Source: Pararhodonellum marinum (lineage in GTDB: Bacteria; Bacteroidota; Bacteroidia; Cytophagales; Cyclobacteriaceae). From it: DNA of 64,000 nucleotides. The stretch lies in contig NZ_JACEFJ010000019.1 of the NCBI RefSeq assembly GCF_015354735.1, forward strand, positions 17,093 through 81,092, written 5' to 3'. Positions within the stretch are counted from its first letter, which is position 1; every line of letters begins with the position of its first letter. Below, piece by piece: positions 28,732 to 39,590 of this stretch. Under the pieces are notes generated by a model. It searched no databases. It was given only the letters and a program-made list of their open reading frames with translations, and was not told where the DNA came from. A program made the position numbers and the translations under genes.

Positions 28732-30594
28732 ATGCAACAAATGAATTGTCAACGAAATGTACTATCACTCAAAATTCGGATAATTATCTTCCAATTTTTA
28801 TTGATCCCAACCATACTAATCGCCCAGACCCCTGTCCAAAATTCTCTTTCCACGCCATGGACAACACTTGTCGATAATGAAAAACCTTTGCCTGAATACC
28901 CTAGACCACAGATGGTCAGGGATTCTTGGATAAACCTGAACGGTCAGTGGGATTACGCCATCCAGGAGAAAGGCCTGAAACCGCCTAAGCAGTTTGAAGG
29001 TAAAATTACGGTTCCTTTTCCTGTAGAATCCCAGCTCTCAGGAGTTATGAAGCCAGTTGGGGCTGAGAAGGAATTGTGGTACAAAAAGGAAACAACTATT
29101 GCGTCAAAAGATAGGAAAGGCAAGGTATTGCTTCACTTTGGAGCAGTGGATTGGGAAACTGAAGTTTTTGTCAATCGAAAATCAGTAGGGATCCATCGAG
29201 GTGGATATGATCCTTTTACTTTTGATGTCACAGATTTTTTGAACAATGGTCAAATGCAAGAAATTATGGTCAGGGTCTGGGATCCCACTGATGATGGGCC
29301 TCAACCTAGGGGGAAACAAGTGAACAATCCAAGGGGCATTTGGTACACCCCAGTAACCGGTATCTGGCAAACTGTCTGGCTTGAATTTGTACCGAAGGAT
29401 TATATTTCTGACATCAAAATCTCTCCTGATTGGGACAGAAGCAGGTTTTTTTTGGATATTGAAACAAAATTGAACCCAGGTCAATTTTCATGGGAAGCGG
29501 TAGCATATTATGGTACAGAGGTAGTGGCGAGTGAAAATGGAGAAATCGGTCAGGAAATTGAATTGAACATTCCAGATCCCAAAGCTTGGTCACCAGAACA
29601 TCCCCATCTTTATGATATTACAATCAAGCTGAAGCGCGGCAATAGGGTAGTGGATCAATTCAAGACTTACAGCGCTTTAAGAAAAATAAGTATTGGATAC
29701 GACGCCAATGGCATGCAGCTGATGGAACTCAATGGCAAAGCCCTCTTTCAATACGGACCGCTGGATCAAGGTTGGTGGCCGGATGGGTTGTACACTGCAC
29801 CGACTGATGAAGCCCTGTTGTTTGACATTGAGAAAACCAAAGAAATGGGCTTCAACATGATTCGTAAACATGTGAAGGTGGAACCTGCACGGTGGTATTA
29901 CCACTGCGACAGATTGGGAATGCTGGTCTGGCAGGACATGCCCAGCGGGGATATGGGTAATGTATGGGAATCGAAGATTGGCATTTATCGGAAAGGTCTC
30001 GAAAGGGAAAGGACCAATGAATCAGAGGCGATTTTTAAGACAGAATGGCAAGCCATCATGGATGCGTTCCATCATTTTCCTTCCATTGTGGTGTGGGTGC
30101 CTTTCAACGAAGCCTGGGGGCAATTTAAAACCAAAGAAATCACGGAATGGACAAAAGCACACGATCCCAGTAGATTGGTTAATTCTGCTTCAGGAGGCAA
30201 CTTTGAACTAGAAGGCAACAAACTGGTTGGGGATATCTTTGATGTGCACAATTATCCGGATCCGGTCATGCCATCCCCTGACCTTTTTGGAAAAGTAAAT
30301 ATTCTGACCTTGGGGGAGTATGGTGGCTTAGGCCTTCCTGTGGAGGGTCATACTTGGCAGGAGAAGGACAATTGGGGTTATCAGTCTTTTAAAAATAAAG
30401 ACGAACTATGGGACCGTTATCAAAAGCTGATTGTTGACCTTAAACCATTGATCCAAAAAGGTCTTGCCGCTGCGGTTTACACCCAGACAACAGATGTGGA
30501 AGTGGAAGTAAATGGCCTGATGACCTATGACAGGCAGGTTATTAAATTCCCCATTGAAGCGTTGAAAAAGCTGCACGATGAATTGTATAAGTGA
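28732..30594 (+). CDS. Glycoside hydrolase family 2 protein
   Basis: Signal peptide. N-terminal GH2 sugar-binding hallmark YPRPQMVRDSWINLNGQWDY. TIM-barrel region with a WxxxNE-type acid/base context (WVPFNEAWGQ). Confidence 0.65.
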   Translation: MQQMNCQRNVLSLKIRIIIFQFLLIPTILIAQTPVQNSLSTPWTTLVDNEKPLPEYPRPQMVRDSWINLNGQWDYAIQEKGLKPPKQFEGKITVPFPVESQLSGVMKPVGAEKELWYKKETTIASKDRKGKVLLHFGAVDWETEVFVNRKSVGIHRGGYDPFTFDVTDFLNNGQMQEIMVRVWDPTDDGPQPRGKQVNNPRGIWYTPVTGIWQTVWLEFVPKDYISDIKISPDWDRSRFFLDIETKLNPGQFSWEAVAYYGTEVVASENGEIGQEIELNIPDPKAWSPEHPHLYDITIKLKRGNRVVDQFKTYSALRKISIGYDANGMQLMELNGKALFQYGPLDQGWWPDGLYTAPTDEALLFDIEKTKEMGFNMIRKHVKVEPARWYYHCDRLGMLVWQDMPSGDMGNVWESKIGIYRKGLERERTNESEAIFKTEWQAIMDAFHHFPSIVVWVPFNEAWGQFKTKEITEWTKAHDPSRLVNSASGGNFELEGNKLVGDIFDVHNYPDPVMPSPDLFGKVNILTLGEYGGLGLPVEGHTWQEKDNWGYQSFKNKDELWDRYQKLIVDLKPLIQKGLAAAVYTQTTDVEVEVNGLMTYDRQVIKFPIEALKKLHDELYK

Positions 30595-30668
30595 AGGAAT
30601 TCATATTGCAGCTGACTGAAACTTGAATGCTTAAAAAGTAAAGAAAATGCATTCAGTTGAAAAGTCCC

Positions 30669-30708
30669 AAAAAAAAGAGGGTTGGATAATTCCAACCCTC
30701 CGATTACA
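30669..30708 (-). terminator. Orphan rho-independent terminator oriented for minus-strand transcription
   Basis: A8-GAGGGTTGG-ataattc-CAACCCTC on the + strand. On the minus strand this reads as a 9-bp GC-rich stem followed by U8. Confidence 0.45.
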
Positions 30709-31268
30709 TAGTTCCATTGATTTCAACCAAACTACACTTAATGAGAAAAGCCAAACAAACCTTATGAATGTAAGCCAATTCTCCGGACTATGTAATGTTT
30801 AATATTTTTATAAAATAAAGTAGGACATTTATGTATTTAACACGAAAATCTGCTTCATTTATTGTGTTTCTCCTAAGGTAATTGACAAAATACCTACCAA
30901 AATTGCAATATACAGTCAATCAGTCCCTTAAGTTGCTTTGCTAAAATTGGCTATACATTTTTGAACAAATTTGTTTGAAAAATGGACTAAGTTGATGGTA
31001 ACAAAATTATCCAGATGATCTTTGTTTTGTCAAATCCACTGAATTTATGTACGGAAAAAATATTGGGGTGAGCAAGAACTGCCAAAAGCTTAAGCCTTTA
31101 GCAATATAAAAACCAAGGTGAATTTATGAATTTCCGTAAATGAAATCCAGGATTTGTGATGAGCTTTTGACATTGAACGAAACAATTTCCGGTATGAAAA
31201 GTTATAAAAATCGAATTATTTACAGGAAAAGTGATTAATTTTTGGTCTGAAAGCCATCAACCCACCTT

Positions 31269-32609
31269 ATGTTGCAAAAGTTGAGCCTCGTCATCTTTAT
31301 GATTCTTTTTGGATCCATCCTTCAAAATCTGCATGCTCAAACCCGAAAAGCCACCTTGGAAGAGATCATTTCTTTTGCTTTTGAGAATCAACCCGGAGCA
31401 AGGCAGGGCCAATTGGCCAGAGAAATAACCGATGCCAATGTGAAGTCGGACTTATCCGGCTGGTGGCCACAGGTGGGAGTTTTTGCTGATTTATTCCGGT
31501 ATTTTGAGCAACCGGTGGCTATTTTTCCCGATTTCGATGATCCGACTTCCGGACAATTTCAGGAAGTTAGGACTGGTGTTCCTTATAATTCTAATGTGAA
31601 TTTTACCGTTGACCAGCCTTTGTTCAACAACTCGTTGTTTTTGGCTAAAGACCAGGCCAACCTACGTAGAAAGGAAGCAGACCAAAATTTGGAAATTTAT
31701 TTGGTGGATTTAAAGGTTGATGTGAGTAAGGCATTTTATGACGTATTGCTCAGTCAGGAAGAAATCAAAATCAGGGAAGAGGACCTTCAGCGGCAGGAGA
31801 GGCAACTGAAAGATGCCATGGCCCTCTACCGGGCCGGAATCGCAGACAATATTGATTATAAAAGAGCTACCATCACCGTTCAGAATACCAAATCAGCCCT
31901 TTACCAAGCCAGAGAAGCCTATCAGGTGCGAATGGCCATGCTCAAAGAATTGAGTGGACTGCCGAAGGAAGAACAGCTTGTCCTGGAGTATGACCTTGAC
32001 AGGATGTTAGAAAATGTCTACTTGGATACGCTTGAGAATGTGGCTTACCGCAACAGACCAGAGGTAGTGCTGGTCCAGACGCAGCAATCCCTTCAAGATG
32101 CCGGCCTGAGTTATTACCGGAGAATGTACATTCCGGAGTTTTCTGCATTTTTCAATTACAACCTGCTTTACCAGACACCGGTTGGCGCTGAATTGTTTAA
32201 CCGAACTTTCCCTAATTCTTTGATAGGAATGAGGTTCAATTTTCCCATTTTTCAAGGCGGAAAAAGAAACCACGACATTCGGGCAGCATCTTTGGAGCTT
32301 CAACAATTGGAGCTTGAAATGGACAACATACAACTTCAGGTGGATCGAGAGCATCAGGAAGCCCTCAGCAATTACAAAACAAACCTTTACCAGTTGATGA
32401 TCCTGGAGGGGAATAGGGAGTTGGCAGGGGAAATCTACCAAACCGTCAGCTTACAATATGAACAAGGCATCAAAAATTTTCTAGAGGTGATCCAAGCTGA
32501 AACTGATTTGCAAACCGCCCGAATCAACTATTTCAATGCCCTTTTCAGACTGATGGCCAGCAGAATGGATCTACTTAGGGCAAGAGGCTTGATTGATACC
32601 GGATATTAA
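31269..32609 (+). CDS. TolC-family outer membrane efflux protein
   Basis: Signal peptide. Two-repeat architecture with coiled-coil segments. It is the first gene of an efflux triad. Confidence 0.8.
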   Translation: MLQKLSLVIFMILFGSILQNLHAQTRKATLEEIISFAFENQPGARQGQLAREITDANVKSDLSGWWPQVGVFADLFRYFEQPVAIFPDFDDPTSGQFQEVRTGVPYNSNVNFTVDQPLFNNSLFLAKDQANLRRKEADQNLEIYLVDLKVDVSKAFYDVLLSQEEIKIREEDLQRQERQLKDAMALYRAGIADNIDYKRATITVQNTKSALYQAREAYQVRMAMLKELSGLPKEEQLVLEYDLDRMLENVYLDTLENVAYRNRPEVVLVQTQQSLQDAGLSYYRRMYIPEFSAFFNYNLLYQTPVGAELFNRTFPNSLIGMRFNFPIFQGGKRNHDIRAASLELQQLELEMDNIQLQVDREHQEALSNYKTNLYQLMILEGNRELAGEIYQTVSLQYEQGIKNFLEVIQAETDLQTARINYFNALFRLMASRMDLLRARGLIDTGY

Positions 32610-33770
32610 ATGCCAGCTATGAAAAACCCTTTGAAAATCAATTTCTTTACTATTTATCCTAGGTACATAAATATGGCTTGGGCCAAATTTTTTTGTTTGG
32701 TTTTGCTTTTTTCTTTTTCCTGCGGTGAAAAAGAGGAGGAGCAAACATACACGGAGGTGACAAGTACTTTGGTCAAGGAAGAGCAGGTAAGGTTTTCCAG
32801 AACCTACCCTGCTGCTGTGGTGGCATTGGAAGAGGTGGACCTGCGGGCCGATGTGGTCGGGTACGTGACCCGAATCCACATTGAAGAAGGGCAACAGGTG
32901 AAAAAGGGTACCTTGATGTATACCATAGACCAAACCCGCTACCTGGCCAGAAAGCAACAGGCAGAATCGGCTGTAGCCATTGCAGAAGCCAATTATGATA
33001 GGGTAAGCATGGATGTGAATCGGTACCAGAAGTTGAAAGAGGAAGATGCCATTGCTACTCAGATACTTGACAATGCCTTGGTAGATCTTCGCAATGCTCA
33101 AGAAACTTTAAATTCGGCCAAATCTGATTTGGAGAATGCAAGAATTGATCTGGATTATGCTAGTATAAGAGCACCATTTGACGGAACAGTCGGTTTCTCG
33201 CAAGTCAGGATCGGGACTTTGGTCAGTCCCGGTGAGACATTGTTGAACACCATATCCAAAGATGATCCTATCGGAGTAGATTTTTTTCCTGAGGAGCAGC
33301 ACCTTTGGACTTTTCAAGAGCTGTTCAGGAATGAAAATGTTGAAGTAGACTCCATTTTTCAACTGCTCTTACCAGGAAATAGGGCATATCCTTTTACGGG
33401 AAAAATAGAAACTTTGGATCGGGCAGTGGACCGAAACACAGGGACTTTTCAGGTAAGGTTGCGATTTCCCAATCCGGACAACATGCTCCGTCCCGGATTG
33501 AGCTCCACGCTTAAGGTTCTGGATGAAAAATCGGAGACGGTATTGTTGGTTCCCCAGGCAGCCGTTCAGGAACAGATGGGAGAATTTTATGTGTATGTGG
33601 TAGAGGGAGAAGAGGCCAAGGAAGTCAAAATCAAACCAGGAAAAAGCAAAGGAGGGTATTTGGTTGTTTTGGAGGGGTTAAAAGAAGGACAGGAAATCGT
33701 TGTCAAAGGCATTCAAAAAGTAGGTTCAGGGGATAAAATCAAGGTATTAAACCAGGAGGTGTCTCCATGA
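32610..33770 (+). CDS. Efflux RND transporter periplasmic adaptor (membrane fusion protein)
   Basis: A lipoyl/beta-barrel-like stretch and a coiled-coil hairpin (LVDLRNAQETLNSAKSDLENARIDL). The start may be at 32673 (MAWAKFF). It overlaps the next gene by 4 nt. Confidence 0.8.
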   Translation: MPAMKNPLKINFFTIYPRYINMAWAKFFCLVLLFSFSCGEKEEEQTYTEVTSTLVKEEQVRFSRTYPAAVVALEEVDLRADVVGYVTRIHIEEGQQVKKGTLMYTIDQTRYLARKQQAESAVAIAEANYDRVSMDVNRYQKLKEEDAIATQILDNALVDLRNAQETLNSAKSDLENARIDLDYASIRAPFDGTVGFSQVRIGTLVSPGETLLNTISKDDPIGVDFFPEEQHLWTFQELFRNENVEVDSIFQLLLPGNRAYPFTGKIETLDRAVDRNTGTFQVRLRFPNPDNMLRPGLSSTLKVLDEKSETVLLVPQAAVQEQMGEFYVYVVEGEEAKEVKIKPGKSKGGYLVVLEGLKEGQEIVVKGIQKVGSGDKIKVLNQEVSP

Positions 33771-36700
33771 TAGCGGATACCTTTATCAAGCGCCCCAATA
33801 CTGCCATTGTTTTATCGGTTTTTATCCTGCTTTTTGGGATTTTGGCTATAGTTAGTCTTCCTGTGTCCCAATATCCCAACATTACTCCGCCGGTCATTCA
33901 GGTCACAGCCATCTACACCGGAGCAGATGCTGAAACCATCGAGGAAACGGTAATTACTCAACTGGAAAAAGAAATCAATGGCACTCCTGGTATGGCCTAC
34001 ATCGAGAGCATCGCCAGCAGTGAAGGTAGGATGACGATGAACATCACTTTCGAAGTGGGTACCGACGTCGATGTAGCGGCTGTAGAAGTCCAAAACAGGA
34101 TCAGCGTGGCAGAACCGCTTCTACCCGAGGAAGTAAGAAGGCTGGGTGTGGTAGTAAGGAAACGTAATCCCAGTATTCTTTTGATTGTATCCATATTTTC
34201 TCCTGAAGGTACCCATGGCATAGACTTTCTTAATAACTACACCAACATTTTTGTAAAGGATGAGTTGTTGCGGGTTCCTGGGGTAGGAGACATATTTGCA
34301 AGAGCAGAGGATTTTAGTATGAGGATATGGTTAAAACCTGACCGGCTATCCCAACTTAATCTGACCGCCAATGACGTAATCAATGCCTTAAGGGAACAAA
34401 ATATCCAAGTGGCAGCAGGTAGGATAGGAGCTCCCCCGCAAACAGACTATCAGGCCTTTGAGTATACCGTATTTACCAATGGACGCCTTGAAACCGCAGC
34501 AGAATTTGAGCAGGTGATTCTTAAGCGGAATGAGGACAACAATGCCTTGGTCTATCTCAAAGATGTGGCAAGGGTGGAGTTGGGAAGATTTGATTATTCT
34601 ACCAATAATTTTACAGACGGCTTTCCAGCTGCCTACCTGCTCGTCTACCAAACTCCAGAAAGCAATATACTGGAAACTGAGGAGGGAATCAGGGAAACAA
34701 TGGAAAGATTGAAACAAAGCTTCCCTAATGACTTGGATTACATTGTACCTTTTGAATCGGCCTCTGTGGTTTCTGAATCCATTTCTGAGGTGGTAAAAAC
34801 TTTGCTCATTGCCCTGGGATTGGTTCTTTTGGTTGTATTTCTTTTTCTTCAAAACTGGCGAGCCACCCTGATCCCTATATTGATCATTCCTGTTTCGATC
34901 ATTGGCACCTTTGCGCTGTTTATTCCTTTAGGTTTCACGATCAATACACTTACTTTATTTGGTTTTGTATTGGCCATTGGCATTGTGGTAGATGATGCGA
35001 TTGTGGTGGTGGAAGCCACTATGGCCATTATGGAAGAGAAAAAAGTATCCGCCAAAGAAGCGGTATCTGAGGCCATGAAGCAGATTTCGGGACCGGTTAT
35101 CGCCATGTCCCTGATTGTGGCTTCGGTGTTTTTGCCGGTGGGTTTTATACCTGGCATACTTGGCAGGCTGTATCAACAGTTTGCCATGGCTATCGCTGTT
35201 TCAGGATTGATCTCCGGATTTGTTGCCCTTTCCCTTACCCCTGCATTGTGTTCTCTCTTGCTCAAACCCAGCAACATAGACAAAAAATCTAAAGGATTGA
35301 ATCGTTTTTTCTATTTGTTCAATCGCTTTTTTGAAAGATTGTCCAAAAGTTATAACCGAAAGGTCATGTGGAGTCTGGAAAGGTCTAAATACATCCTGAT
35401 AGGCTTGGGACTGCTTATCTTGGCTACCTTTCTGATGTTCCAGCAAAAGCCCACTGGATTCATACCCACAGAAGATGAAGGAAGGTTATTTGTAACTTTT
35501 GAATTGCCCGAAGGGGCTTCCACCAACCGAACCTTGGCGACCATCACCAAGTTGATGGACATCTTGGATCAGCAGGAAGAAGTCCTTCATTATTCGGCGG
35601 TTACCGGTCTGAACGCAGTAAATTTTGCTGTTAAATCAAACAGTGGTACAGTGTTCACCCAATTGACTCCTTGGGGAGAAAGGAAAGGTAAAGGGCAAGG
35701 GGCTTTTGAGATTCAAAAAAGACTGGAAGACCTTCTGGCAAGGGAATTGCCAGAAGCTGAAGTAGTTATCATTGCTCCACCTGCTATTCCTGGATTGGGT
35801 AGCACCTCTGGCTTTACCTTTGTCTTTCAGGAGCTGGATGGAACAGGTAACATCAAAGACTTTGAATCCAATCTGGAAACCTTTGTGGAGGAATTGAACA
35901 AGCATGAAAGCATAGGGAATGCTTTTTCATTTTTCAGTGCCAGTACTCCGGCTTATCGCGTAAAGTTAAATAGGGAACAGACTGCCCGGCAGGGCATCAA
36001 CATCGGGGAAGCCTATCAGACCCTTCAATCCTACCTGGGGAGTTTTTATGTAAACGATTTTATCCTCTATGGAAGAAATTTTAGGGTGGTGGTGCAAGCA
36101 GACAGTGTTTATCGAGAAGATCCAGAGGGACTCAACCAGTTTTTTCTTAGAAATGCCGCTGGGGGATTGACACCCATGAGTGCTCTGACGGAGGTGGAAT
36201 TGATAGAAAATGCCCCTTTAATCAATCATTTCAACTTGTTCAGGTCAGCCACTATCAACGGTGAGGCCGCTCCTGGTCGCAGTTCAGGTGAAGGTATTGC
36301 TGCCTTGGAAGAGGTAGGTGACGGAAACCTGCCAACAGGATATGGGTATGATTTTGCAGGAATTACCCGGGAAGAAGTAAAAACTGGACAGAGTACCCTT
36401 TTGGTATTTCTGCTTTCCGTATGCTTTGTTTTTCTATGTTTGACTGCGCTTTATGAAAGTTGGTCTGTCCCTTTTTCGGTTTTGTTGGCGGTTCCTACTG
36501 GAGCTTTCGGAGCTATTTTGACTTTGCTGTTGTTTCCTCGATTGGAAAACAATGTATACGCTCAGATAGGCTTGCTGACACTGATAGGCTTGGCTGCTAA
36601 AAATGCCATCTTAATTGTAGAGTATGCAAAAGAGAGGGTAGATGGGGGCATGGATATTACAGAAGCAGTCAAAGAAGCTGCCAGCCTGCGTTTGCGTCCC

Positions 36701-36931
36701 ATCATCATGACTTCCATGGCTTTTATTTTGGGGATTTTGCCTTTGGCATTTGCAGGTGGTGCCGGTGCTTTGGCCCGCCAAACCATCGGATGGACTGTTT
36801 TCGGCGGGATGATTGCGGCCACGCTGTTGACCATTTTTTTGGTACCTGTGCTTTTTGTTTTGATCAGTAAGTTGGCTTTCAGCAAAAAGGAATTGGAAGA
36901 CTTAAAACATCAAAGCGATTCATCCGGATAA
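33767..36931 (+). CDS. Efflux RND transporter permease (AcrB/HAE1 family)
   Basis: 1054 aa, 12-TM, with two large periplasmic loops. It has the conserved D-rich TM4 region (IGIVVDDAIVVVE). Confidence 0.9.
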   Translation: MIADTFIKRPNTAIVLSVFILLFGILAIVSLPVSQYPNITPPVIQVTAIYTGADAETIEETVITQLEKEINGTPGMAYIESIASSEGRMTMNITFEVGTDVDVAAVEVQNRISVAEPLLPEEVRRLGVVVRKRNPSILLIVSIFSPEGTHGIDFLNNYTNIFVKDELLRVPGVGDIFARAEDFSMRIWLKPDRLSQLNLTANDVINALREQNIQVAAGRIGAPPQTDYQAFEYTVFTNGRLETAAEFEQVILKRNEDNNALVYLKDVARVELGRFDYSTNNFTDGFPAAYLLVYQTPESNILETEEGIRETMERLKQSFPNDLDYIVPFESASVVSESISEVVKTLLIALGLVLLVVFLFLQNWRATLIPILIIPVSIIGTFALFIPLGFTINTLTLFGFVLAIGIVVDDAIVVVEATMAIMEEKKVSAKEAVSEAMKQISGPVIAMSLIVASVFLPVGFIPGILGRLYQQFAMAIAVSGLISGFVALSLTPALCSLLLKPSNIDKKSKGLNRFFYLFNRFFERLSKSYNRKVMWSLERSKYILIGLGLLILATFLMFQQKPTGFIPTEDEGRLFVTFELPEGASTNRTLATITKLMDILDQQEEVLHYSAVTGLNAVNFAVKSNSGTVFTQLTPWGERKGKGQGAFEIQKRLEDLLARELPEAEVVIIAPPAIPGLGSTSGFTFVFQELDGTGNIKDFESNLETFVEELNKHESIGNAFSFFSASTPAYRVKLNREQTARQGINIGEAYQTLQSYLGSFYVNDFILYGRNFRVVVQADSVYREDPEGLNQFFLRNAAGGLTPMSALTEVELIENAPLINHFNLFRSATINGEAAPGRSSGEGIAALEEVGDGNLPTGYGYDFAGITREEVKTGQSTLLVFLLSVCFVFLCLTALYESWSVPFSVLLAVPTGAFGAILTLLLFPRLENNVYAQIGLLTLIGLAAKNAILIVEYAKERVDGGMDITEAVKEAASLRLRPIIMTSMAFILGILPLAFAGGAGALARQTIGWTVFGGMIAATLLTIFLVPVLFVLISKLAFSKKELEDLKHQSDSSG

Positions 36932-36982
36932 GTTGAATTGATCATTTGCATGACATTGACCCCTTTTTGGATTCCGTTTAAA

Positions 36983-38095
36983 TCAGGACTCCTCTTCGTC
37001 ACTGCTGAATAAGTAGCCAAAGGCTCCGAAAGCTGGAACATTTCTAGAAACCACACTTACTATGGCAAAAATCGGAATAGCTAGTATCATACCCACAATG
37101 CCCCAGATGGCATTGCCCAATATTACAGAAAGGATAATAAAAAAGGGATGTACATTTAATTTTCCCCCCAAAACGATGGGTTGGAGGATATAGCTGTCCA
37201 GGAATTGAACAAATAAAAACGTAACAGTGACACCAATCAAAGTGGACATGTCTCCTCCTGAAAAAACTCCCATGGCCATGGCCAGTACGTATCCAAAAAA
37301 ATTACCCACAAAAGGAATCAAGGAAAGGATGGCCGCAATGATGCTGACCACGATGAAATTTTCTACCCCTGAAATCCACAGTCCAAGACCGTACAATACC
37401 ACCAAAACTATCATAAGTAGCAGTCTACCAATCAGATAATGCTGTACCACATCAGCAGATTTGGATATGATATTTCTAACTTCATCTTGCTTTTCTTTTT
37501 CAAAAAGCTTCAGGATAAATTGCTTGAATCGGTTTCGATAGTGGATAAAGAAAAAGATATAAACAAATGTGATCAGGAAATCTGTCAAAAATCCAGCGGC
37601 TCCTCCAATCACCGACAGTGCCTGTTCTCCTTTTTCTCCGTTATCTCCGTTTTCTTCTTCTTCTTCTTCTGATTCCTCTTCATCATCACCAACGCCCATA
37701 TCTGATTTATATTCCTCCAGTTCGCCTTCATCCATTGGCGTATGTTGTAGGATGTAGGCTTCTGCTTTTTCTATTTTTGGCAATATAGTGTCCTTTATGT
37801 CATCCCAATCATCCACAATGGTTTTCATCTGCCAAGAGATGACCAAAAAGAAAAGCCCGGCTAAAATCAACAATATCAAAATATTGATGATACTGGTCCA
37901 AATCCGTTTCATCCCTTTGGACTCCAGTTTGTTGGCCAAAGGAAAGGTCAACATGGCAAGGATAAAAGCCAATACCAGAGGAGCTAGAAATTCCTTAGCC
38001 AGGACCAGACCATAAATGAAAAAGAACAGCCCCGCAACAAGCAATGTAAAATTGATTAAGATGCCATTGGGAGTAAATATTTTATTGGGTTGCAT
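36983..38095 (-). CDS. AI-2E family transporter (UPF0118/PerM-like) with acidic poly-Glu insert
   Basis: 8-TM topology. Conserved C-terminal region. Inserted EEYKSDMGVGDDEEESEEEEEENGDNGEKGEQ loop. Confidence 0.7.
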   Translation of the reverse strand: MQPNKIFTPNGILINFTLLVAGLFFFIYGLVLAKEFLAPLVLAFILAMLTFPLANKLESKGMKRIWTSIINILILLILAGLFFLVISWQMKTIVDDWDDIKDTILPKIEKAEAYILQHTPMDEGELEEYKSDMGVGDDEEESEEEEEENGDNGEKGEQALSVIGGAAGFLTDFLITFVYIFFFIHYRNRFKQFILKLFEKEKQDEVRNIISKSADVVQHYLIGRLLLMIVLVVLYGLGLWISGVENFIVVSIIAAILSLIPFVGNFFGYVLAMAMGVFSGGDMSTLIGVTVTFLFVQFLDSYILQPIVLGGKLNVHPFFIILSVILGNAIWGIVGMILAIPIFAIVSVVSRNVPAFGAFGYLFSSDEEES

Positions 38096-38202
38096 GGGTT
38101 GGTCATTAGAATTCTATGTAAAAATGGGGTAAATAATTGATTAATTCAAAATAATATTGAAAATATGATAATTTTCACCAAATAATATATCTTAAAAACC
38201 TT

Positions 38203-39171
38203 TTAAATCCTATTAAATCTGTATCGATAATCTACAGGTGACATGTCCACATATTTTTTAAATACATCGCGAAAGGCTTTTGGATCACTGTAGCCTACTG
38301 CATACATGACTTCATTGACTTGCTTTTGCCCCGATTCCAACTGGAGTTTGGCTGCTTCTATCTTTACCCTTTGCGTGTATTCAATCAGTGAATTGGACGT
38401 TGCTTTTTTAAATCTCCTTTCTAGGGTTCTTCTGCCAATTCCAAACCGTTCAGCCAGTTCCTCCACTGAAAATTTCTGGTCAAAATATTTTTCCAGGTAT
38501 TCCTGAATGGCTAGAATTAAATCATCTCCATGATTTTTTTGCCCTTTGAATAGGGCGAAAGGCAATTGACTGTTACGTTCAATATCAAGGAGAAAAAACT
38601 TGGAGGCCATGATGGCCATTTCTCTGTGGGTGTGTTTTTCCACCAAATAGAGCAAAAGGTTCCAATAGGCATTGGCCCCGCCACTTGAGTATAGGCCATT
38701 TTGTTCTGAAATGATTCTGTTGTCCACCAACTTTACTTCAGGAAACATCTCTTTGAAAGTGGGGGCATGGAGCCAGTGGGTAGAACAGGTTTTTCCGTTG
38801 AGTAAGCCGGTCGAGGCCAACAGAAAAGCACCAATACAGAGGCTTGCTACTTCGGCACCTTTCAAATATTGGGCTGAGATCCATGGATAAAATGCCTGAT
38901 TAAGCGCAATGGCTTCCTTGATATCCCCAGAGATCGCGGGTATGATGATCAAGTCAGTGGAGGTAACCTCATCCAGCAAAGTATCAGGATGAAAGCTTAC
39001 CAAACCATGGTTGACCATTACTTCTTTCTGCAACCCGACCAATTGAACCTTGAAGGCTGGTTCAAGGTCCATATTTTCCAGAAACATATTGATGGCGGAA
39101 AACATGTACTGAGGATCTACCACTGCGGCGGGAACCGCCCTTTCAGGTACAAGAATGGAGACAGTCTTCAT
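38203..39171 (-). CDS. GlxA-type AraC-family transcriptional regulator with N-terminal DJ-1/PfpI domain
   Basis: DJ-1/PfpI-like N-terminal half with a Cys elbow (EVASLCIGAFLLA). C-terminal AraC HTH (YAVGYSDPKAFRDVFKKY). Confidence 0.75.
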   Translation of the reverse strand: MKTVSILVPERAVPAAVVDPQYMFSAINMFLENMDLEPAFKVQLVGLQKEVMVNHGLVSFHPDTLLDEVTSTDLIIIPAISGDIKEAIALNQAFYPWISAQYLKGAEVASLCIGAFLLASTGLLNGKTCSTHWLHAPTFKEMFPEVKLVDNRIISEQNGLYSSGGANAYWNLLLYLVEKHTHREMAIMASKFFLLDIERNSQLPFALFKGQKNHGDDLILAIQEYLEKYFDQKFSVEELAERFGIGRRTLERRFKKATSNSLIEYTQRVKIEAAKLQLESGQKQVNEVMYAVGYSDPKAFRDVFKKYVDMSPVDYRYRFNRI

Positions 39172-39267
39172 GTCAGGAAGTTAATAATTATGACTGTCGC
39201 AATCAACCCTGAATGATGTCGGAATTACACTTGGGATGTTTTTTATTTGGAAGTCAAGGCCTATCCA

Positions 39268-39456
39268 TCAGCTTTTGTCATCCGTTCTTTTGAGCAATCC
39301 AAGTCCTGAACTGAAAAAAATAATACCTAAAATAAAAAAGACAAGGATGGTTTTCCAGTCACTGTTTTCACTGTTGAGAAAAAGATAGGCGCTATAAATT
39401 AATCCGCCTATGCCTGCTACGGTCAGGAGGGGGCCGAAAATTCTTTTGAGATTCAT
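39268..39456 (-). CDS. Small two-TM membrane protein
   Basis: 62 aa with two hydrophobic helices, immediately upstream of the giant gene's 3' end. ORF only. Confidence 0.3.
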   Translation of the reverse strand: MNLKRIFGPLLTVAGIGGLIYSAYLFLNSENSDWKTILVFFILGIIFFSSGLGLLKRTDDKS

Positions 39457-39590
39457 AGGTTGGTTTTTAGTTGTGGATAAATTGGGTCAAAAATGTTGCC
39501 AGTAATTTTCGGGGCTTTCAGGGTTGCCAGGGTTATCCAATTTGAAGGGTGACTGGATTATTTAGGGCGTGTTTGATATTGAAGCGCGCG

